This document shows, piece by piece, positions 60,740 through 64,000 of a DNA stretch of 64,000 bases. Within the stretch, counting starts at the first letter, position 1, and the number at the start of each line of letters is the position of its first letter. The position numbers and the translations under genes were made by a program. Below the pieces are notes generated by a model. That model was not told the DNA's origin, ran no database searches, and saw only the letters and a program-made list of their open reading frames with translations. The DNA is taken from positions 124,001 to 188,000 of IMG/VR virus record IMGVR_UViG_3300036715_003906, one strand, 5' to 3'.

Positions 60740-61639
60740 TTACACGCGGTCGAGCATGTCGTTGAAGTCGGGGACCGCGCCGCGGGCCATCGAGACGTCA
60801 GACACCCCGCTCGGACCGTCGAGGCCGAGCTTCTCCCGGAGCTGCGCCGTGGACATCTCCTTGAACGGCAGGAGCTTGTCCCACATGGGCAGGGCCGCCT
60901 CCAGCACCTGCCGGCGGAACTTCTCGTTCCGCTGCCAGATGGCCTGGCCGACGAAGGAGACGCCGACTTGCTGGTACTGCGGCTCCTTGCACTCGATCTT
61001 GATGTCCTGGGTCGAGAGGCTCAGATTGTTCTCCCGGAGGCCGGCGTTGGACTTCCAGATGTCCTCGAAGGTCCGCTTCGAGAAGCGCCAGGGGACCAGC
61101 CGCCAGTCGGTCAGGATGCGGTTCTTCTCGCTCTCGCCGATCTCGCCCTTGGCGTTCGTCGGGTAGATGAGGAGGAGCGTCGAGAAGCCCTGCTTCGGCT
61201 CCTCCAGGGACTTCCACACCTTGTCCGCCTCGACGCCCTCCTTGGTCCGACCCGAGGCGTCGAGCTTGCTCGTGATGTACCCGAGGGGCGCCTGGTAGTG
61301 GTACATGAACTGCTTGAACTTGCAGTCCGCGATGTCGATCATGTCCACGTTGTCGAGCTGACCGACCGTCTTGTTGAGCTGCGCCGCCCGGGCCTCGATG
61401 GCCTTGCGGCCGATCATCTTGAGCTGCTCGGGAGCGAGCACCTCGCCGGCCTTCTTGGCCGCCGCCCGGACACGGATGACCGCGTTCAGGTCGTAGCGGC
61501 TGAAGTACACGAAGGACGCCCGCACGACCTGGCCCTTCGTGAACTTGAGCCACTCGTCGTGCTTGCGGGTGAACTTCTCGCTCCCCTCGTCCAGCGCGAC
61601 ATCGTTCTCGTTCTCTTGGCCGTAATCGATCTCTTCCAT
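60740..61639 (-). CDS. Putative single-stranded DNA-binding protein
   Basis: Next to RecA/RuvC; aromatic-rich core, acidic tail DFNDMLDRV; AGGAAAG RBS. Confidence 0.5.
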   Translation of the reverse strand: MEEIDYGQENENDVALDEGSEKFTRKHDEWLKFTKGQVVRASFVYFSRYDLNAVIRVRAAAKKAGEVLAPEQLKMIGRKAIEARAAQLNKTVGQLDNVDMIDIADCKFKQFMYHYQAPLGYITSKLDASGRTKEGVEADKVWKSLEEPKQGFSTLLLIYPTNAKGEIGESEKNRILTDWRLVPWRFSKRTFEDIWKSNAGLRENNLSLSTQDIKIECKEPQYQQVGVSFVGQAIWQRNEKFRRQVLEAALPMWDKLLPFKEMSTAQLREKLGLDGPSGVSDVSMARGAVPDFNDMLDRV

Positions 61640-61770
61640 GGTGTCTTTCCTTGCAGGATGCCCCGCCCCTCAAAAGCACAGTCAGTGCGGGAGGAACGGA
61701 GGGCACAGACCCCTCTGAAACGGTCATGGGCGGGATTGCCCTGAGCCGTCATCGTGGGGTCGATGACGTA

Positions 61771-61780
61771 CTATACACCG
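61771..61780 (-). promoter_or_regulatory. CGGTGTATAG, candidate early/middle promoter element upstream of the SSB-like gene
   Basis: Lies in the 154-nt intergenic gap; CGGTGTA recurs upstream of other starts. Confidence 0.4.
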
Positions 61781-61793
61781 GGTCAGTGCCCGT

Positions 61794-62522
61794 TCACAGG
61801 TCGTCAAAGATGTCGTTGAAATCTTCGGGGATCTCGAGGAACTTCTCGATCGCGGCGGTTCCGGGGTCCGGTCCGGACGGCGTCTCAGGGGTCTCGGGCT
61901 CCTCGGGGGCCGAGGGGCTCTCCGTGTCGACCAGGGGGCTCTCGGCCGCCTGCTTGGCGCGCTCCTCGGCCATCCAGGAGTCGAGCTGAGCAACGTCCAC
62001 GCCGGCATCCGCGCCCCCCTCGGTCGCCATGGTCCGCTCGTCCCCGTACATGGCTCCGGTGCGGATCTCGGCGTCGATGATGGACCGTTGGAGCTTGATC
62101 TCGCCCATGGTCGCCGTGAGCTGCTTGTGCTGGTGCCGGACGATCTTGTCGACGTACTTGAGGTCCTGGGCCTCTGTCTTGAGACTCTCGACGGTCTGCC
62201 GCCGGGCCGCCAGCATCACGGACACGGTCGACTTGCGGTCCTCGATGTTCGGGAGCCTCCGTACCCGCTCATCGTTCGCGAGCAAGTTGTCGGACTCCAC
62301 CTGGTAGGCGACCTCGGCCAGCCGCAAGGCGGACGCGACCCGGTGGTCCTCCCGGTGGATCTCCCGCATGACCCGGTCGAGGTCGTTCAGGTAGTTGCGG
62401 CAGGTCGCGATGAGGGTCTGGAGGTAGGTCGTCCCCCGGCTACGGGGGTCGGGGTCTAGCTGGATGACCTTCCTCTCCAGCAGGTCGTAGATCTCGGCGA
62501 TCCGTTCGGTGGTCAGGGGCAT
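61794..62522 (-). CDS. Coiled-coil protein, possible UvsY-like recombination mediator
   Basis: Helical, with acidic C-terminus EDFNDIFDDL; recombination cluster. Confidence 0.4.
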   Translation of the reverse strand: MPLTTERIAEIYDLLERKVIQLDPDPRSRGTTYLQTLIATCRNYLNDLDRVMREIHREDHRVASALRLAEVAYQVESDNLLANDERVRRLPNIEDRKSTVSVMLAARRQTVESLKTEAQDLKYVDKIVRHQHKQLTATMGEIKLQRSIIDAEIRTGAMYGDERTMATEGGADAGVDVAQLDSWMAEERAKQAAESPLVDTESPSAPEEPETPETPSGPDPGTAAIEKFLEIPEDFNDIFDDL

Positions 62523-62553
62523 GGAAGCCTCGGCGATGGGGGAAAAGACAGCG

Positions 62554-64000
62554 TCATACCGGGTCGACTACACCGGCGAGGGCCCGCGTGAGGGCCCAGC
62601 AGAAGCCCGTGTACCGGTAGAACACCCGGTCGTTTTCCACGGCTTTCTGCAAGGCCCCAGGCTCCCCGAGGACCCAGACCTTGTGACGGGCACGCGTGAT
62701 GGCCGTGTAGAGCAGGTTGCGCTGGAGCATCCGGCCGTGGGCCCGGACCACGGGGAAGATCACGGTGTCGAACTCCGACCCCTGGCTCTTGTGGACCGTG
62801 ATGGCATAGGCCAGCCGGAGCTTCTCCGGAGCCTCGTCCCGGGGGATGTCGACGACCGTGTCCATGCCCCCCTTGGCCCCGTGGATGCGAACCTTGAGGT
62901 TCTTGGCGGTGACGTCCACGAGCTTGCCCATGTCCCCGTTGTAGAGCGACAGCTCGTAGTCGTTCTTGATCACCATGATCCGGTCCCCGACCCTCATGTG
63001 CAGGCCCCCCGCCTTCCACGAGGGCTGGTTGCGGTCCGGGTTGAGCGCCTCCCGGAGCCGCTCGTTCAGGTTCGTCACGCCCGTCGTGCCGTCGTACTTC
63101 GGGGAGAGCACCTGGAAGTTGGCGTCCCGCGCCTTGAGCCGAAGGGCCATCTCCACGATGAGATCCGCGATCACGTCCTCACGGGCCGGGACGAACTGGA
63201 AGTCGGACGCCGCCGGCTGGTTCAGGTCGAGGAGCGCCCCCCGGTGAATCTGGTGGGAAGCCCGCACGATGGCGCTGCTCTCGGCCTGCCGGAAGATCTG
63301 CGTCAGACGAACGTGAGGGATGCCCTCGCAGTCCATCAGCTCCCGGAGGACGTTCCCCGGGCCCACGCTAGGGAGCTGGGCGTCGTCCCCGACGAGGACG
63401 AGGAAAGCCCCCGGCGTCAGGGCGTCGAGGAGCCGGTGGAAAAGCTCCATGTCGACCATCGACATCTCGTCCACGATGACCGCCCGGGCCGAGAACTTGT
63501 TGTGGGCGTCGTAAACCCAGGCCGACCCGTCATAGCCGAGGGTCCGATGAATCGTGGCCGCCGCGTGCCCCGTGAGACCCGCCAGACGCTTCGCAGCGAT
63601 GCCCGTCGGGGCCATGAGGCTCACCGGCACCCCGAGGCGCTTGAAGAGGGCACAGAGCGCCCGCACGAGGGTCGTCTTGCCCGTCCCCGGGAGACCCGTG
63701 AGGACCAGGACCCGTCCCTCGATGAGCTTCCGCACCCCGTCCTGCTGGGCCTCGGAAAGCTGGAGCCGGTTCTGCTGCTGGTACGATTCGAGGAACTCCT
63801 CGACGGACACGTCCGCCACGACCTTCTCGGCCTGAATGAACAGCGCCAGGATCCTGGCGCTGTCCCGCTCGAAACGCCAGTACCGGGGCAGGTAGATACC
63901 CGAGACCGGGTCGTGCTTCACGACCCCCGACGCCGTCATCTTGTCGAGCACCTGCTGGACGTCCTCGGCCAGGGTCTCGCCGAAGGGGTCGATCGTCTCC
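62554..64000 (-). CDS. RecD2-like SF1B helicase (5' end outside the window)
   Basis: GLPGTGKTT, MAPTGIAAKRL, TIHR, VDEMSM, VGD.AQLPSVGPG, LTQIFRQ, LAYAITVHKSQGSE. Confidence 0.92.
   Translation of the reverse strand, partial: ETIDPFGETLAEDVQQVLDKMTASGVVKHDPVSGIYLPRYWRFERDSARILALFIQAEKVVADVSVEEFLESYQQQNRLQLSEAQQDGVRKLIEGRVLVLTGLPGTGKTTLVRALCALFKRLGVPVSLMAPTGIAAKRLAGLTGHAAATIHRTLGYDGSAWVYDAHNKFSARAVIVDEMSMVDMELFHRLLDALTPGAFLVLVGDDAQLPSVGPGNVLRELMDCEGIPHVRLTQIFRQAESSAIVRASHQIHRGALLDLNQPAASDFQFVPAREDVIADLIVEMALRLKARDANFQVLSPKYDGTTGVTNLNERLREALNPDRNQPSWKAGGLHMRVGDRIMVIKNDYELSLYNGDMGKLVDVTAKNLKVRIHGAKGGMDTVVDIPRDEAPEKLRLAYAITVHKSQGSEFDTVIFPVVRAHGRMLQRNLLYTAITRARHKVWVLGEPGALQKAVENDRVFYRYTGFCWALTRALAGVVDPV

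Noticed and set aside
61640-61793. tRNA or structured ncRNA in the longest intergenic gap
   Set aside because: No cloverleaf, T-loop or CCA pattern is recognisable; only short hairpins expected at this GC content.
1-64000. Stop-codon reassignment (TAG or TGA read as an amino acid)
   Set aside because: All long conserved genes are open under code 11, and TGA/TAG/TAA terminate most genes normally.

Overview
This is a 64-kb segment of a large, high-GC (roughly 68-70% by eye) tailed dsDNA phage or prophage. Every credible gene but one (23559..24041) is on the minus strand. From right to left in transcription order there are three modules. (1) A bacterial-type replication/recombination module: RecD2-like helicase, SSB-like protein, RuvC, RecA, SbcC split into two genes, SbcD, PD-(D/E)XK nuclease, beta-clamp, primase, DnaX, a NusG/5'-3' exonuclease fusion and a tandem sigma-region-4 protein. 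(2) A packaging/head module: TerS, TerL, intein-containing portal, internal head proteins, intein-containing prohead protease, Gln-rich scaffold, decoration protein and major capsid protein. (3) Minor virion, neck and tail-associated genes, plus patatin, Dps/ferritin-like and actin-like genes. The standout is 5102..7664. A putative neck/adaptor protein is fractured into three genes that would be rejoined by two different atypically split inteins (32- and 38-residue IntN; 128- and 132-residue IntC), one Cys1 and one Ser1. A decayed remnant of a different homing endonuclease (TnsA-like, Vsr-like) sits in each break. All product calls come from motif recognition by eye; no database searches were run. 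No tRNA, rRNA or CRISPR array was seen.
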